Origin: Actinomycetota bacterium | GTDB lineage: Bacteria > Actinomycetota > Thermoleophilia > RBG-16-64-13 | DNA: 59,875 nt | Direction: 5' to 3' | Assembly: GCA_036795215.1 (NCBI GenBank) | Contig: DAIRFC010000003.1 | Span: forward strand, 17,600-77,474 | In this document: in pieces, positions 1 to 9,575 of the stretch | Numbering within the stretch: position 1 is the first letter of the stretch | Layout: each line of letters starts with the position of its first letter | Position numbers and translations under genes: made by a program | The notes under the pieces: generated by a model | What the model was told of the DNA's origin: nothing | What the model saw: only the letters and a program-made list of their open reading frames with translations | Databases searched by the model: none

Positions 1-261
1 CCCATCAAGGCTGCGGCGGCGGGAACGGTGATCTCCTCGGGCTGGCGGGGCGGATACGGCAAGTGCATAGTCGTTTCGCACGGTGGGGGGCTGGCCACCC
101 TGTACGGGCACGCCTCGGAGTTGCTGGTCTCGGCCGGAGACAAGGTCAAGCGGGGAGAGGTCATTGGCAAGGTGGGGAGCACCGGGTATTCTACCGGTCC
201 GCACCTTCATTTCGAGGTGCGGGTGGATGGCTCCCCTGTCGATCCCCTGGGATATCTGTGA
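1..261 (+). CDS. M23/LytM-family metallopeptidase, C-terminal fragment (5' end off-window)
   Basis: Frame 1 is open from nt 1. The motif GDKVKRGEVIGKVGSTGYSTGPHLHFEVRVDG is typical of the LytM/M23 catalytic domain (HxH). Confidence 0.85.
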   Translation, partial: PIKAAAAGTVISSGWRGGYGKCIVVSHGGGLATLYGHASELLVSAGDKVKRGEVIGKVGSTGYSTGPHLHFEVRVDGSPVDPLGYL

Positions 262-264
262 CGT

Positions 265-1602
265 ATGCCTAGCAGCTTGAGAACGGCTCTCCTGGCTTTC
301 ACCGGGTTGGTGATCGCCGCCCTCTTGGTCTTGTGTGGGTTCCTGTTGGGGGCCAATCCCAAGGCGCGTGACTGGCTTCGGGATCTTGTTCCCCAAGGTT
401 GCGTGGTGGAGTCCGCGGGTTCTGACTTCGAGTACGAGCTGCAGGAAGAGGTGCTCCGCAGGCTGCAGTCGACCTACTACAAAGAGGTCGATCCGGCGGC
501 GCTCGAGACCGACGCTATCGACGGCATGATGGCCGCGCTCGGCGATCCCTACACCGTCTACATGGAGCCGGAAGAATACGCGTCGTTCTTGGAAGACACC
601 TCGGGGTCTTACAGTGGCGTGGGAATGGTGGTGGAGTTGAAAGACCGGCTGGTCACCATCGTCTCCACCTTCAAGGACAGCCCGGCGGAGATCGCGGGCA
701 TACGGGCGGGCGACATCATACTGGCGGTAGATGGAGAATCGACCGCCGGGCAGAACCTCGACGAGGTGGTGGGGCGGATCAAAGGCCCCGAGGGAACGAC
801 GGTGGTGCTGACGATGTACCGGCTCCCGTCGGCCACTACCACGACCGTGGCGACGAGCGGCGACGATGGCGATGAGGGTGCCGGCGGGGACGAGGAGTCC
901 GAAGCCGGGTCGAACACCGCGGACATCTCGCATCTGCCGGCTGGAGGCGAGACCACGGATTACACTCTCACCCGCAAGACGATCGCCATCCCGGTGACCG
1001 AGCGGGACACTCTCACAGAAGACGGCAAGAAGGTGGCTCACATCAGCTTCTTCACCTTCTCCGATGGGTCCGCGGACCTACTGCGGGAGGAGGTGCGGCA
1101 GGCGGTGGAGAACGACCGCGTGGACGCCATCATCCTCGACCTGCGCAGCAACGGCGGCGGCCTGTTGGACGAGGCCATAGAGGTGGCGTCGATCTTTCTG
1201 AGGAGTGAGACCATCGTGAGCACCGAGGGCCTGCACTCTCCCGAACAGGTCTTCAAGGCCGGTGGGGACGCCTACGTGCAGGTGCCTCTCTACGTGCTCA
1301 CCGACCCCTATACGGCGAGCGCCTCTGAGATCGTGTCCGGGGCGCTGCAGGACCATGAGCGGGCCATCTTGGTGGGTGAGACTACCTTCGGCAAGGGGCT
1401 TGTCCAGAGCCTGGAACGACTCTCCAACGGCGGGGCCATCAAAGTCACCACTGCCGTATACCTTACGCCCGACGGGCGCGACATCAACGAGACCGGTATC
1501 GAACCCGACGTGGTCGCCCCGGATGATCTCGAGACCTTGGACGCCGACGAGTGCGTGGAAGCGGCGCTCGACCTCATCACGGGCGAGGCTGCTCTACCCT
1601 AG
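265..1602 (+). CDS. ctpA: S41 C-terminal processing (tail-specific) peptidase with PDZ domain
   Basis: N-terminal membrane anchor. PDZ-like segment SPAEIAGIRAGDIILAVDG. S41 core motifs LDLRSNGGG and TASASEIVSGALQD..GETTFGKG. Carries a Thr/Asp/Gly-rich insert. Confidence 0.85.
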   Translation: MPSSLRTALLAFTGLVIAALLVLCGFLLGANPKARDWLRDLVPQGCVVESAGSDFEYELQEEVLRRLQSTYYKEVDPAALETDAIDGMMAALGDPYTVYMEPEEYASFLEDTSGSYSGVGMVVELKDRLVTIVSTFKDSPAEIAGIRAGDIILAVDGESTAGQNLDEVVGRIKGPEGTTVVLTMYRLPSATTTTVATSGDDGDEGAGGDEESEAGSNTADISHLPAGGETTDYTLTRKTIAIPVTERDTLTEDGKKVAHISFFTFSDGSADLLREEVRQAVENDRVDAIILDLRSNGGGLLDEAIEVASIFLRSETIVSTEGLHSPEQVFKAGGDAYVQVPLYVLTDPYTASASEIVSGALQDHERAILVGETTFGKGLVQSLERLSNGGAIKVTTAVYLTPDGRDINETGIEPDVVAPDDLETLDADECVEAALDLITGEAALP

Positions 1603-1640
1603 GCGGGCCGCCATTGTCTGGCTTTCGTCCTCGCTTCTTC

Positions 1641-2423
1641 ATGCTCGACACCGGTGCGACCGGGGGCGCCGCGGCCGGCGGCGCCGATGCCGGGGCGGGT
1701 GACCTGTGCGACACGGAGCTCTTACTCAGCGCTGAGGATTCCCACCATGCCTCGCGCGTCCTTCGTCTGCAGCCTGGCGACCAGTGCGAAGTGGTGGTGG
1801 GGGCCGCCGTTTACGCGGCCACGGTGTCGGCGGTCACTGATCGCGTGCGGGTGAGACTCACCACGCGTCTGGAAGGGCCGAGCGCGGGGGCCTCCTATGA
1901 CATCCAGGTAGGTATAGTCCAGGCCCTCGGCAGGCCGGCCGCCATGGACTACGTACTCGAAAAGGGGACCGAGGTCGGCGCTTCGTTCTTCTGGTTCGTC
2001 AAGGCCGCCGGGTCGCCCAAACAGGCCGGCGGGGCGCAGAACGACCGTCTGACCAGATGGCTCCGTATCGTGCGCGAAGCGGCCAAGCAGAGCAAGCAGG
2101 TGAACATCCCCGATATCAGGGTCGCATCTTCGGTCGAGGAGGCTCTGGCAGGTCTGCAGAACGATGGCGCGTTCTCAGTGGTGCTCGATCTGGGGGCGGC
2201 CGAGGGGCTCGACCGGGCGGTTGCCGCGGGCTTCCCCGATGCTCCGCGACCCTCGCCGGTGGCTCTGTGGGTAGGGCCCGAGGGGGGTTGGAGCAATGCC
2301 GAACTCGAGCGGTTCGCTGCCGCGCGACTCTCTGTCGCCCGCTTGGGTAGGAGCGTTCTGCGCACGGAGACGGCGGGGCCGGTGGCGGTGGCCGTGGCGC
2401 GTCTTGCCCTGAGGGATTGGTAG
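1641..2423 (+). CDS. rsmE: 16S rRNA (uracil1498-N3)-methyltransferase RsmE (SPOUT family)
   Basis: C-terminal motifs LWVGPEGGWSNAELE and LGRSVLRTETA are typical of RsmE. ATG 1641 chosen because the listed ORF start at 1551 overlaps ctpA. Confidence 0.8.
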   Translation: MLDTGATGGAAAGGADAGAGDLCDTELLLSAEDSHHASRVLRLQPGDQCEVVVGAAVYAATVSAVTDRVRVRLTTRLEGPSAGASYDIQVGIVQALGRPAAMDYVLEKGTEVGASFFWFVKAAGSPKQAGGAQNDRLTRWLRIVREAAKQSKQVNIPDIRVASSVEEALAGLQNDGAFSVVLDLGAAEGLDRAVAAGFPDAPRPSPVALWVGPEGGWSNAELERFAAARLSVARLGRSVLRTETAGPVAVAVARLALRDW

Positions 2424-2437
2424 TATAATGAGCATCC

Positions 2438-2776
2438 ATGGACGACTGCCTATTCTGTAGGATCGCCAGAGGTGACATCCCAAGCGAGATCGTGCTGCAA
2501 GACGACGATTTCGTCGCCTTTCGCGATATCAATCCCAAAGCTCCGCAACACGTTCTCGTGGTGCCGCGCGAGCACTTGGTGTCGTTGAACGACCTAGAGG
2601 GACGGCAGGGGGGAGAGGGCCATGCGCTGCTGCAGTTCATCGTGCGCGTGGCGAGACATCTAGGCATCGCCGAGAGTGGCTACAGGGCGCTCACCAACGT
2701 GGGACCCGACGGGGGTCAAGAAGTGCAGCATCTGCACTTCCACATCTTGGGTGGCGAAGAACTGGGGGACTTCTAG
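2438..2776 (+). CDS. HIT-family (HinT-like) nucleotide hydrolase
   Basis: Histidine-triad motif HLHFHILGG. N-terminal CLFCRIARGDIPS is typical of the HIT family. Confidence 0.9.
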   Translation: MDDCLFCRIARGDIPSEIVLQDDDFVAFRDINPKAPQHVLVVPREHLVSLNDLEGRQGGEGHALLQFIVRVARHLGIAESGYRALTNVGPDGGQEVQHLHFHILGGEELGDF

Positions 2777-3219
2777 TGAGCATCCTCACCGAACTTCAAG
2801 AGTCGGTCAAGACTGCGCTCAAGAGTGGAGACAAAGAGCGTGTAGTGGTTCTGCGAATGATCGTCTGCGAACTGCAGAACGAGGCCAAGCGGACGCAGCA
2901 GGAGTTGGACGAGGCGGCCGAACAGGCCGTCCTACGCCGGGAGCTCAAGAAGCGGCAGGAGTCCATCGAGGCGTTCAAAGCCGGCGGGCGCGACGATCTG
3001 ACGATCCACGAGGAGATGGCAGCCGGCATCCTCGAGGAGTTGCTCCCCAAGCAGCTGGATGAGGCAGAACTGTCCGCGCTCGTAGAGCGGATCATCGCCG
3101 ATACGGGCGCGACCTCGGCCCGCGACATGGGCAAGGTCATGGCCGCCGTGATGGCGGAGGGCGGTGTGCGAGTAGATGGCAAGGTGGCTTCGCGCCTTGT
3201 CAAGGAGCGTTTGACCTGA
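2776..3219 (+). CDS. yqeY: GatB/YqeY domain protein
   Basis: 147 aa with the typical YqeY pattern (LKSGDKERV..LR, EL..Y LPKQL, ARDMGKVMAAVM). GTG start overlaps the HIT stop. Confidence 0.8.
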   Translation: MSILTELQESVKTALKSGDKERVVVLRMIVCELQNEAKRTQQELDEAAEQAVLRRELKKRQESIEAFKAGGRDDLTIHEEMAAGILEELLPKQLDEAELSALVERIIADTGATSARDMGKVMAAVMAEGGVRVDGKVASRLVKERLT

Positions 3220-4265
3220 GCGCTAAAGGCTCCACCAAGGAGATCGAACTCGACAACCGTGTGGCCGCGCTCTTGGTCGGCGAACACGATGCCCACCTGC
3301 GCGCGCTCGAAGGCCTGCTCAAGTGCGACATCAGCCTGCGCGGCAATCGTCTGACGCTGGATGGAGCCGCGGCGGAGGTGGAAAAGGGCGAGGCCCTCGT
3401 GGGCGAGTTGTTGGAGCTCATCAAGTCCGGAGAGAGTCTGGACGAATCCACAGTCGAGCTGGCCGTCTCGCTCAGGGACGACCAACCCGATCGGGCCCGG
3501 CCGTTGGGCGATATCGTGAGCGACGTCATCTTGGAGCACCGGGGACGGCGCATCAGGCCGAAGACGGTCAACCAGAAGGCCTACGTGGATGCGATCCGCA
3601 AGAACACCATCACCTTCGGTATCGGTCCGGCGGGCACCGGCAAGACGTACCTGGCCATGGCCATGGCCACGTCTGCGCTGCTGTCCGGTGAGGTCGCCCG
3701 CATCATCCTGACCCGGCCCGCTGTCGAGGCCGGTGAGAAGCTGGGCTTTCTCCCCGGCGGGCTCATGGAGAAGGTCGATCCGTACCTGCGTCCTCTGTTC
3801 GATGCTCTCTACGACATGATGGACAGCGACAGGCTCACCGAGCACCTCGACCGGGGCACCATCGAAGTGGCTCCCCTTGCCTACATGCGCGGCCGCACGT
3901 TGAACGATTCGCTCATCATCCTCGACGAGGCGCAGAACACCAGCCCCGAGCAGATGAAGATGTTCCTCACCAGGCTGGGGTTCGGGGCCAAGATGATCGT
4001 GACCGGAGACATCACTCAGATCGATCTGCCTCGAGGCCAGCACTCCGGGCTGGTGAATGTGCGCGAAGTGCTCGCCGACATCCCGGATATCGCCTTTGTG
4101 TTCTTCGATAGCCAGGACGTAGTACGTCACAAGCTGGTGCAGGACATCGTGTCCGCCTACAAGGCCTACGGTGAGCAACACCAGCCTGCTCGCAAGCCGG
4201 CGCCCCGCGCGGCGGGGGAACGACGTCGTGGCGGCCGGAGGAGCGCCGCGGCGGCCGATCAGTAA
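3216..4265 (+). CDS. phoH: PhoH-like ATPase (PhoH/YbeZ)
   Basis: Walker [16 protein letters not shown] and GDITQIDLP motifs. The conserved N-terminal segment TKEIELDN lies upstream of the first GTG (3261). The only near-cognate start is CTG 3216, 8 nt after AAGGAG and overlapping the yqeY stop as CTGA. The start call is tentative. Confidence 0.85.
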   Translation: MSAKGSTKEIELDNRVAALLVGEHDAHLRALEGLLKCDISLRGNRLTLDGAAAEVEKGEALVGELLELIKSGESLDESTVELAVSLRDDQPDRARPLGDIVSDVILEHRGRRIRPKTVNQKAYVDAIRKNTITFGIGPAGTGKTYLAMAMATSALLSGEVARIILTRPAVEAGEKLGFLPGGLMEKVDPYLRPLFDALYDMMDSDRLTEHLDRGTIEVAPLAYMRGRTLNDSLIILDEAQNTSPEQMKMFLTRLGFGAKMIVTGDITQIDLPRGQHSGLVNVREVLADIPDIAFVFFDSQDVVRHKLVQDIVSAYKAYGEQHQPARKPAPRAAGERRRGGRRSAAAADQ

Positions 4266-4279
4266 CGGAGCGGTATCCC

Positions 4280-6559
4280 ATGGGTAGAATCGGCTTCGTA
4301 TTGCGTGAACGTATGGGCCAAGTTCGGGAGTGGCTTGACAAACGCAGCCCCCGACGCTTCAGGCTCGCACTCCTTGCCTGCCTTCTTGTCGGTCTGACTG
4401 TGATCATAGGTACCGAATACCTCCCGACTCTGCGGGGCTTCTCCGAAGGCAAACCGGCGCCTCGGTCGGTGTCTGCGGACGAGACGGTGACGGTGCTCGA
4501 TATTGCGGCCACCGAGGAGCTCAAGTCCTTTGTGGGTGGCCTGGTGGAGCCGGTCTACACTCCCGATCCGGGTGCTCTTGCCGAGGCCACCACCGACCTG
4601 GTCACTTTCTTGCAGAAGATAGAGCAGGCTCGTCCCGACATCCTGGCGGGGGCCGATCTGGACGAGGCAATGGCCCGTATCAGTGCTGCGGCGCCGGCCA
4701 CCGCGTCGGACGAGACTCTCCGCTACCTGCTCACGACCGGCTCTCGCACCTACACCATGGTGAAAGACCAGTCTCTCGGAGCTCTCCAGACCCTCTATGC
4801 CGGCCGTATTACCGAGGGATCCCTCAACACGACCCTGCTCACCCTGCGGAGCATCGCGGATGCCTTGGCGGTGTCCACGGCCACTGCCGATGCGGTGTAC
4901 GAACTCACTGCGGCCTACGTGAGGCCCAATCAGACGATCGACGAGGAGCAGACTGAGGTCCGGCGGCGCGCCGCCATGGAGCAGGTGGCCCCTGTGGTGC
5001 TCACGGTCGCCAGAAGCACTCTGGTCGTCGGCGCGAGCGAGACCGTCACCGACCAAGATCTGTTGATTCTGGACGCCCTCGGCCTGACCGAGTCACGATC
5101 GGGATGGAAAGTGTGGTTGGGCATCTTCCTGCTTATGGCCCTGGAGACGCTCATCTTCTCCCAGTTGTTGCGCCGTCTGAACAAGACCGTTGAGGAGTTC
5201 CGTAACAACATGTGGCTGGTGTTGACGGTGCTGCTTCTCGGGTTCACGCTCCTCGCCCGTCTGCTGGTCATCGAACCCTTGTCTGCGTATCTCATCCCGG
5301 CTGCGAGTCTGGGCATGGTGGTCACCGTGATACTCAACTCCCGCAGCGCTCTGTTGCTGGTCGGCCTGCTCTCGGTGAACATCGGCCTTCTGACCGATCT
5401 CGACATGCGCTATGCGGTGGTGGCGTTTTTGGTCGGCTGGCTGTCTCTCTATCTGGTCTCGCGCATCACGAAGCGCATGGTGCTTCTGGGCGCCGGTCTG
5501 GTGAGCATGTTCACGGCGGCCCTCGCCATCTTCTCCGTGGAGCTCTTCACGGAAGCGTCGGTCGGTGGGGCTCTGGAGCTATGTCTGTGGGGCCTTGCCA
5601 ACGGCTTCTTGGCGGCGGTGCTCACCCTTCTTCTGGTGATGGTCTTGGAGACAGTCTTCAACCTGACCACGCCGCTGCGACTGCTGGAGCTCGCCGATCC
5701 ATCCCACCCGCTTCTCAAGAAGCTGTTGCAGGTGGCGCCAGGAACCTACAACCACAGCATCCAGATGGCCAACCTGGCCGAATCGGCTGCCGAAGCCATC
5801 GGAGCGGATCCTTTGTTGGCCCGGGTAGGGGCCTACTACCACGACATCGGCAAGACGGTGCGCCCCGAGTACTTCGTGGAGAACCAGATCTACGTGGACA
5901 ATCCGCACGACCGTCTCAGTCCCAACCTCTCCAAGCTGGCCATCACCGCGCACGTGCGCGACGGTGAGCACTTGGGCAGACTGTACGGGCTACCACAACC
6001 GGTGATAGACATCATGAAGCAGCATCACGGGACCTCCGTGCTTGCGTACTTCTATCACAAGGCCCAGGAAGGCTCACAGGGAGCCGTCTACGAGGAGAGC
6101 TTCCGTTACGAGGAGCAGAAGCCCCGCTCGAAGGAAGCCGCCATCATCATGCTGGCCGACAGCGTCGAGGCGGCGGTCCGCACCATGGAGAACCCCACGC
6201 GGCGCAAGATCCAAGGGCTCATCCAGGAGATCGTCAAACAGAAGATGGACGACGGCCAGCTGGACGAATCTGCTCTTACCCAGAGCGATCTGCACAAGGT
6301 CATCGAGTCTTTCGACCAGAGTCTGCTCGGCTTGGTGGGTCACCGCATCCGGTATCCCGATCGGAACGGTGAAACAGGTCGCCAGGGCGCGCGTGGCAAG
6401 GAGGCGGGAGGTGCGCCTGTCCCGCCGAGCGCCTTCTTGAACCAGCAGCTGGAAAGAGCGGCCGTTCCGCCTTCAGAGCCGGGACAGCCCGAAGCCGCCG
6501 GTGATTCCGGCCCCGTCTCGGAACGCAGTCCGGGAGACGCCGCCGACGGTGCGAAGTGA
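4280..6559 (+). CDS. pgpH: 7TM-HD membrane phosphohydrolase (YqfF/PgpH-type, cyclic-di-AMP phosphodiesterase family)
   Basis: N-terminal extracytoplasmic region, a block of about 7 TM helices, and a C-terminal HD domain (YNHSIQMANL, YYHDIGK, HHG). Sits in the conserved phoH-pgpH-ybeY position. Confidence 0.85.
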   Translation: MGRIGFVLRERMGQVREWLDKRSPRRFRLALLACLLVGLTVIIGTEYLPTLRGFSEGKPAPRSVSADETVTVLDIAATEELKSFVGGLVEPVYTPDPGALAEATTDLVTFLQKIEQARPDILAGADLDEAMARISAAAPATASDETLRYLLTTGSRTYTMVKDQSLGALQTLYAGRITEGSLNTTLLTLRSIADALAVSTATADAVYELTAAYVRPNQTIDEEQTEVRRRAAMEQVAPVVLTVARSTLVVGASETVTDQDLLILDALGLTESRSGWKVWLGIFLLMALETLIFSQLLRRLNKTVEEFRNNMWLVLTVLLLGFTLLARLLVIEPLSAYLIPAASLGMVVTVILNSRSALLLVGLLSVNIGLLTDLDMRYAVVAFLVGWLSLYLVSRITKRMVLLGAGLVSMFTAALAIFSVELFTEASVGGALELCLWGLANGFLAAVLTLLLVMVLETVFNLTTPLRLLELADPSHPLLKKLLQVAPGTYNHSIQMANLAESAAEAIGADPLLARVGAYYHDIGKTVRPEYFVENQIYVDNPHDRLSPNLSKLAITAHVRDGEHLGRLYGLPQPVIDIMKQHHGTSVLAYFYHKAQEGSQGAVYEESFRYEEQKPRSKEAAIIMLADSVEAAVRTMENPTRRKIQGLIQEIVKQKMDDGQLDESALTQSDLHKVIESFDQSLLGLVGHRIRYPDRNGETGRQGARGKEAGGAPVPPSAFLNQQLERAAVPPSEPGQPEAAGDSGPVSERSPGDAADGAK

Positions 6560-7053
6560 AGACGGCTATCGAGGTCGTCGATCGCGTGGGCATGGGGCGC
6601 CTGATCCAAGGCCCTGTCACCGATCTTGCCGAGGCGGTGCTCGAGGCTGAGGGCTGCGCCGGCGCGGTGACGATCGCGTTTGTTGACGAGCTGCAGATGA
6701 CGCATCTCAACGGCTGCTATCGTGGCCTGGATGAACCCACCGATGTGCTTTCCTTCAGAGACGCCGACGGCGAAAGCTGGGCCGGGAGTGTCGCCGGCGA
6801 AGCTGAGATGGAGTCTGACCTGGGCGAGATCGCGGTGTGTCCGTCGGTCGTGTCTCGTTACGCCGTCGAGGAGGGTGCCGATCCGCGCAGACAGATGGGC
6901 TGGACGTTGATCCACGGGCTGCTCCACCTGGCCGGTTATGACCACGAGACCGATGATGGCGAGATGCGCCGTCGTGAGCAAGAACTCCTGGTGGCGCTCA
7001 AGACTCTCATCGACGCTCTGCCCGCTCCGGGGGAGGGGTCAGATGGCTGGTAA
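6556..7053 (+). CDS. ybeY: rRNA maturation endoribonuclease YbeY
   Basis: Zinc motif HGLLHLAGYDH. 4-nt overlap with pgpH. Confidence 0.9.
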   Translation: MKTAIEVVDRVGMGRLIQGPVTDLAEAVLEAEGCAGAVTIAFVDELQMTHLNGCYRGLDEPTDVLSFRDADGESWAGSVAGEAEMESDLGEIAVCPSVVSRYAVEEGADPRRQMGWTLIHGLLHLAGYDHETDDGEMRRREQELLVALKTLIDALPAPGEGSDGW

Positions 7054-7780
7054 CGGCCGCAAGACGAACCTTCTGCGTAGCTTGAACCATGCCTTCCAAG
7101 GGCTCGTTCACACGGTCCGGTACGAACGGAATATGCGCATCCACCTCTTCGTGGGGGTGTGCGTGCTCGTGGGCAGCATCTTTCTCAACCTCAGCCGGCT
7201 GGAGCTGGTGGCCGTGCTGGTGTCCATCTCCTTTGTTCTCGCGATGGAGCTCATCAACAGCGCGATCGAACGGGTGGTGGATATCATGACCGACTCCTTC
7301 GATCCGCGGGCCAAGGCGGCTAAGGATGTGGCGGCCGGCGCCGTGCTCATTGCGGCCATCAACGCATTGGCGGTGGGGTACCTGGTCTTGGCCGACCGTC
7401 TGACGGGGGTGTCCTTGGATCTGGTGATCGCCATCCGTCGGTCTCCCATCCACCTCACCGTCGTAGCACTGGCGGTTGTGATCGCCGTCGTGATAGCCAT
7501 CAAGGCCATCCACAAGAAGGGGACTCCTCTTTCGGGAGGACTCCCGTCGGGTCATGCGGCCCTTGCCTTCGCCGGCTGGACGGCGGTGACATTCGTGATG
7601 GGATCTACTGCGATAGGTTCCACCAGGGAGGGCCTGTTGGTGAGCGTCATCGCACTCATCATGGCCTTCCTGGTGGCTCAGAGCCGAGTGGAGACGGGGG
7701 TCCACACTCTCTTCGAGGTGCTCGTGGGGGCTCTGGTTGGCGTGCTCATAACTACCGTGATCTTCCAGCTTTGGTTCTAG
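7043..7780 (+). CDS. dgkA: Fusion of DgkA-type (diacylglycerol/undecaprenol) kinase with a PAP2-type phosphatase domain
   Basis: N-terminal half matches prokaryotic DAGK (NHAFQGL, ELINSAIERVVD, AKDVAAGAVL). C-terminal half carries PAP2 motifs PSGHAA and SRVETGVHTLFEVLVG. ATG 7043 overlaps the ybeY stop. Confidence 0.75.
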   Translation: MAGNGRKTNLLRSLNHAFQGLVHTVRYERNMRIHLFVGVCVLVGSIFLNLSRLELVAVLVSISFVLAMELINSAIERVVDIMTDSFDPRAKAAKDVAAGAVLIAAINALAVGYLVLADRLTGVSLDLVIAIRRSPIHLTVVALAVVIAVVIAIKAIHKKGTPLSGGLPSGHAALAFAGWTAVTFVMGSTAIGSTREGLLVSVIALIMAFLVAQSRVETGVHTLFEVLVGALVGVLITTVIFQLWF

Positions 7781-7795
7781 AAAGGGGGCCGCGGA

Positions 7796-8176
7796 GTGTA
7801 TGAGGACCGGCTGAATCCCCGATTGGGGCGTCTGATCGATATGGCCAAAGCCGCGTCACTACGAGCGGGTGCGGAAGCCTCCGTTGCCGAGGGGGTCGCG
7901 CTGCTCACCGAGAGTGAGTCGATATACGTGGGCCATGCCGGCGGGGATGCGGATCGCCCAGGCGCCTCCGCGGCCGAGGCCGCCCTTGCCGCGGCGCGGC
8001 AGGCAGACGGAGAGAAGATCGTCGCGGCCGCCGTGGCGGTCGCCAACGATCGCAGCGCCAGCGTGCTGCCGAGCCAAGAGAGTCGCAGGTGCTTGGCCGG
8101 ACTGGACCCAGATCTTCCGCTGGTCGTCAAGCAGCGGGGGCGCTGGGTCCTCATACTCCTTTCGGAACTGTCTTGA
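7796..8176 (+). CDS. Cytidine-deaminase-like protein lacking the zinc ligands (probable pseudoenzyme)
   Basis: Size, position (after dgkA) and alignment by eye to Cdd. The CAE motif reads SAAE and PCGxCRQ reads PSQESRR. GTG start 7 nt after AAGGGGG. Confidence 0.55.
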   Translation: MYEDRLNPRLGRLIDMAKAASLRAGAEASVAEGVALLTESESIYVGHAGGDADRPGASAAEAALAAARQADGEKIVAAAVAVANDRSASVLPSQESRRCLAGLDPDLPLVVKQRGRWVLILLSELS

Positions 8177-8195
8177 GCGTCGCGAGAGGTTCCCG

Positions 8196-8687
8196 GTGAA
8201 GCCTACCGAGCTCGACGCGAAGCGCACGGTCGATGGATTCTCCATCGGGCGGATCTTCCACGCCGACCACGATCTGCTCGTCACCCTCGAGGAGTACGAC
8301 CGCGAGGTCTTTGGACCCACCGGGCTCCGCACCTACGATCTTGCGGTCGTCACCCAGGCCGGAGCGGTCTATCTCGCCCGGGTGGACGATGAGATCGTGG
8401 GCAGTTGCCAGTTTCTTCGTATGGTGGATGAGCCCGACTTCTTCTATGTGGTGGGTTTCTACATACGACCTCAATGGCAGGGCCATGGTCTGGGGCGGGC
8501 TTTTCTGCAGGAGGTCGCCGCGGCGATCCAGAAGCTTGGCGCCGCGGGCATGATCCTGACGGTCGATCCGGGCAACACGGCCGCTCTTGGTCTCTACAAG
8601 AGCACTGGGTTCGAGGACCATACGTTCGTTCGCGACTTCTACGGCGAGGGGCACGATCGGTACATCATGCGCTGGCGCTTCGCCTAG
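8196..8687 (+). CDS. GNAT-family N-acetyltransferase
   Basis: Acetyl-CoA motif RPQWQGHGLGRAFL and LYKSTGF. GTG 8196 is preceded by GAGAGG. The listed ORF start at 7869 overlaps the previous gene. Confidence 0.8.
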   Translation: MKPTELDAKRTVDGFSIGRIFHADHDLLVTLEEYDREVFGPTGLRTYDLAVVTQAGAVYLARVDDEIVGSCQFLRMVDEPDFFYVVGFYIRPQWQGHGLGRAFLQEVAAAIQKLGAAGMILTVDPGNTAALGLYKSTGFEDHTFVRDFYGEGHDRYIMRWRFA

Positions 8688-8769
8688 GGAAACGTCGCCA
8701 TCCAGCAGCCCATCAGGGGGCTTGCATGGCAGTGTATGATAGATGGTCTACGGAGGAGGTAAGTAGGCT

Positions 8770-9465
8770 GTGAGAGTCGAAGAGCTCGCCAAGACCATTG
8801 ATAGTACGCTCCTGGAGCCCACCAGTACCACCACGGCTGTTGAAGCACTGTGCCGTGACGCGATCTCGTACCATTTTGCGTCGGTCTGCCTGCTTCCTTA
8901 CTGCGTCCCGGTGGCCCGGCAACTGCTCCAAGGCTATGACATAAAGGTCGGCACGGTGGTCTCGCACCCGCTGGGGGCCGACTCGCAGCGCACCAAGATC
9001 GTGGGAGCCGAGCAGGCGGTGGCCCTGGGGGCCGACGAGATCGACGTGGTCTTGAACATCCCGGCCATGCTGTCGGGCGACTTCAGGTACGTACGTGACG
9101 AGCTGCGCAGCGTGGTCCGCACCGTACGCATGACGAGCGTCAACACCGGAAGGGGCTTGGTGCTGGTGAAGGCCAACGTCGAGGCCTACTACCTCGACGA
9201 GAAGCTCAAGCGCCTGGTGTGCAAGATCGTGGAGGATTCGGGGGCCGACTTCATCAAGACCTCCACCGGGGCGGCTCCAGGTGGCGCGACCGCCAAAGAC
9301 GTGGAGCTGTTCCGCGATCTTCTCCCCGAGAGTGTGGGAGTGGACGCGGCGGGAGGCATCCGGACCGCCGAGGACGCGGAGCTCATGATAAACGCCGGCG
9401 CCGCCCGTATCGGCACGTCCCGCGCAGTGGACATCATCAAGGAGTTCTCCTCCGACAAGGAGTGA
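8770..9465 (+). CDS. deoC: Deoxyribose-phosphate aldolase
   Basis: GADEIDVVLNI and DFIKTSTG (Schiff-base Lys) motifs; about 230 aa. Confidence 0.85.
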   Translation: MRVEELAKTIDSTLLEPTSTTTAVEALCRDAISYHFASVCLLPYCVPVARQLLQGYDIKVGTVVSHPLGADSQRTKIVGAEQAVALGADEIDVVLNIPAMLSGDFRYVRDELRSVVRTVRMTSVNTGRGLVLVKANVEAYYLDEKLKRLVCKIVEDSGADFIKTSTGAAPGGATAKDVELFRDLLPESVGVDAAGGIRTAEDAELMINAGAARIGTSRAVDIIKEFSSDKE

Positions 9466-9575
9466 CGGAGCGCGGCGGCCGGCACGGCGAGGGCCGGCGC
9501 GGCCGGGGACGGCGCGGGCGATCCAAGATCGGCGCCGAGGGTCGGTGCCCGCGCTGACGGCCGGGAGGGATTTCG

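Noticed and set aside
9466-9575. GC-rich low-complexity spacer (GGCGCGGCCGGGGACGGCGCGGGCG...) upstream of recO as a possible regulatory repeat.
   Set aside because: No clear periodicity or dyad symmetry beyond what is expected at this G+C content.
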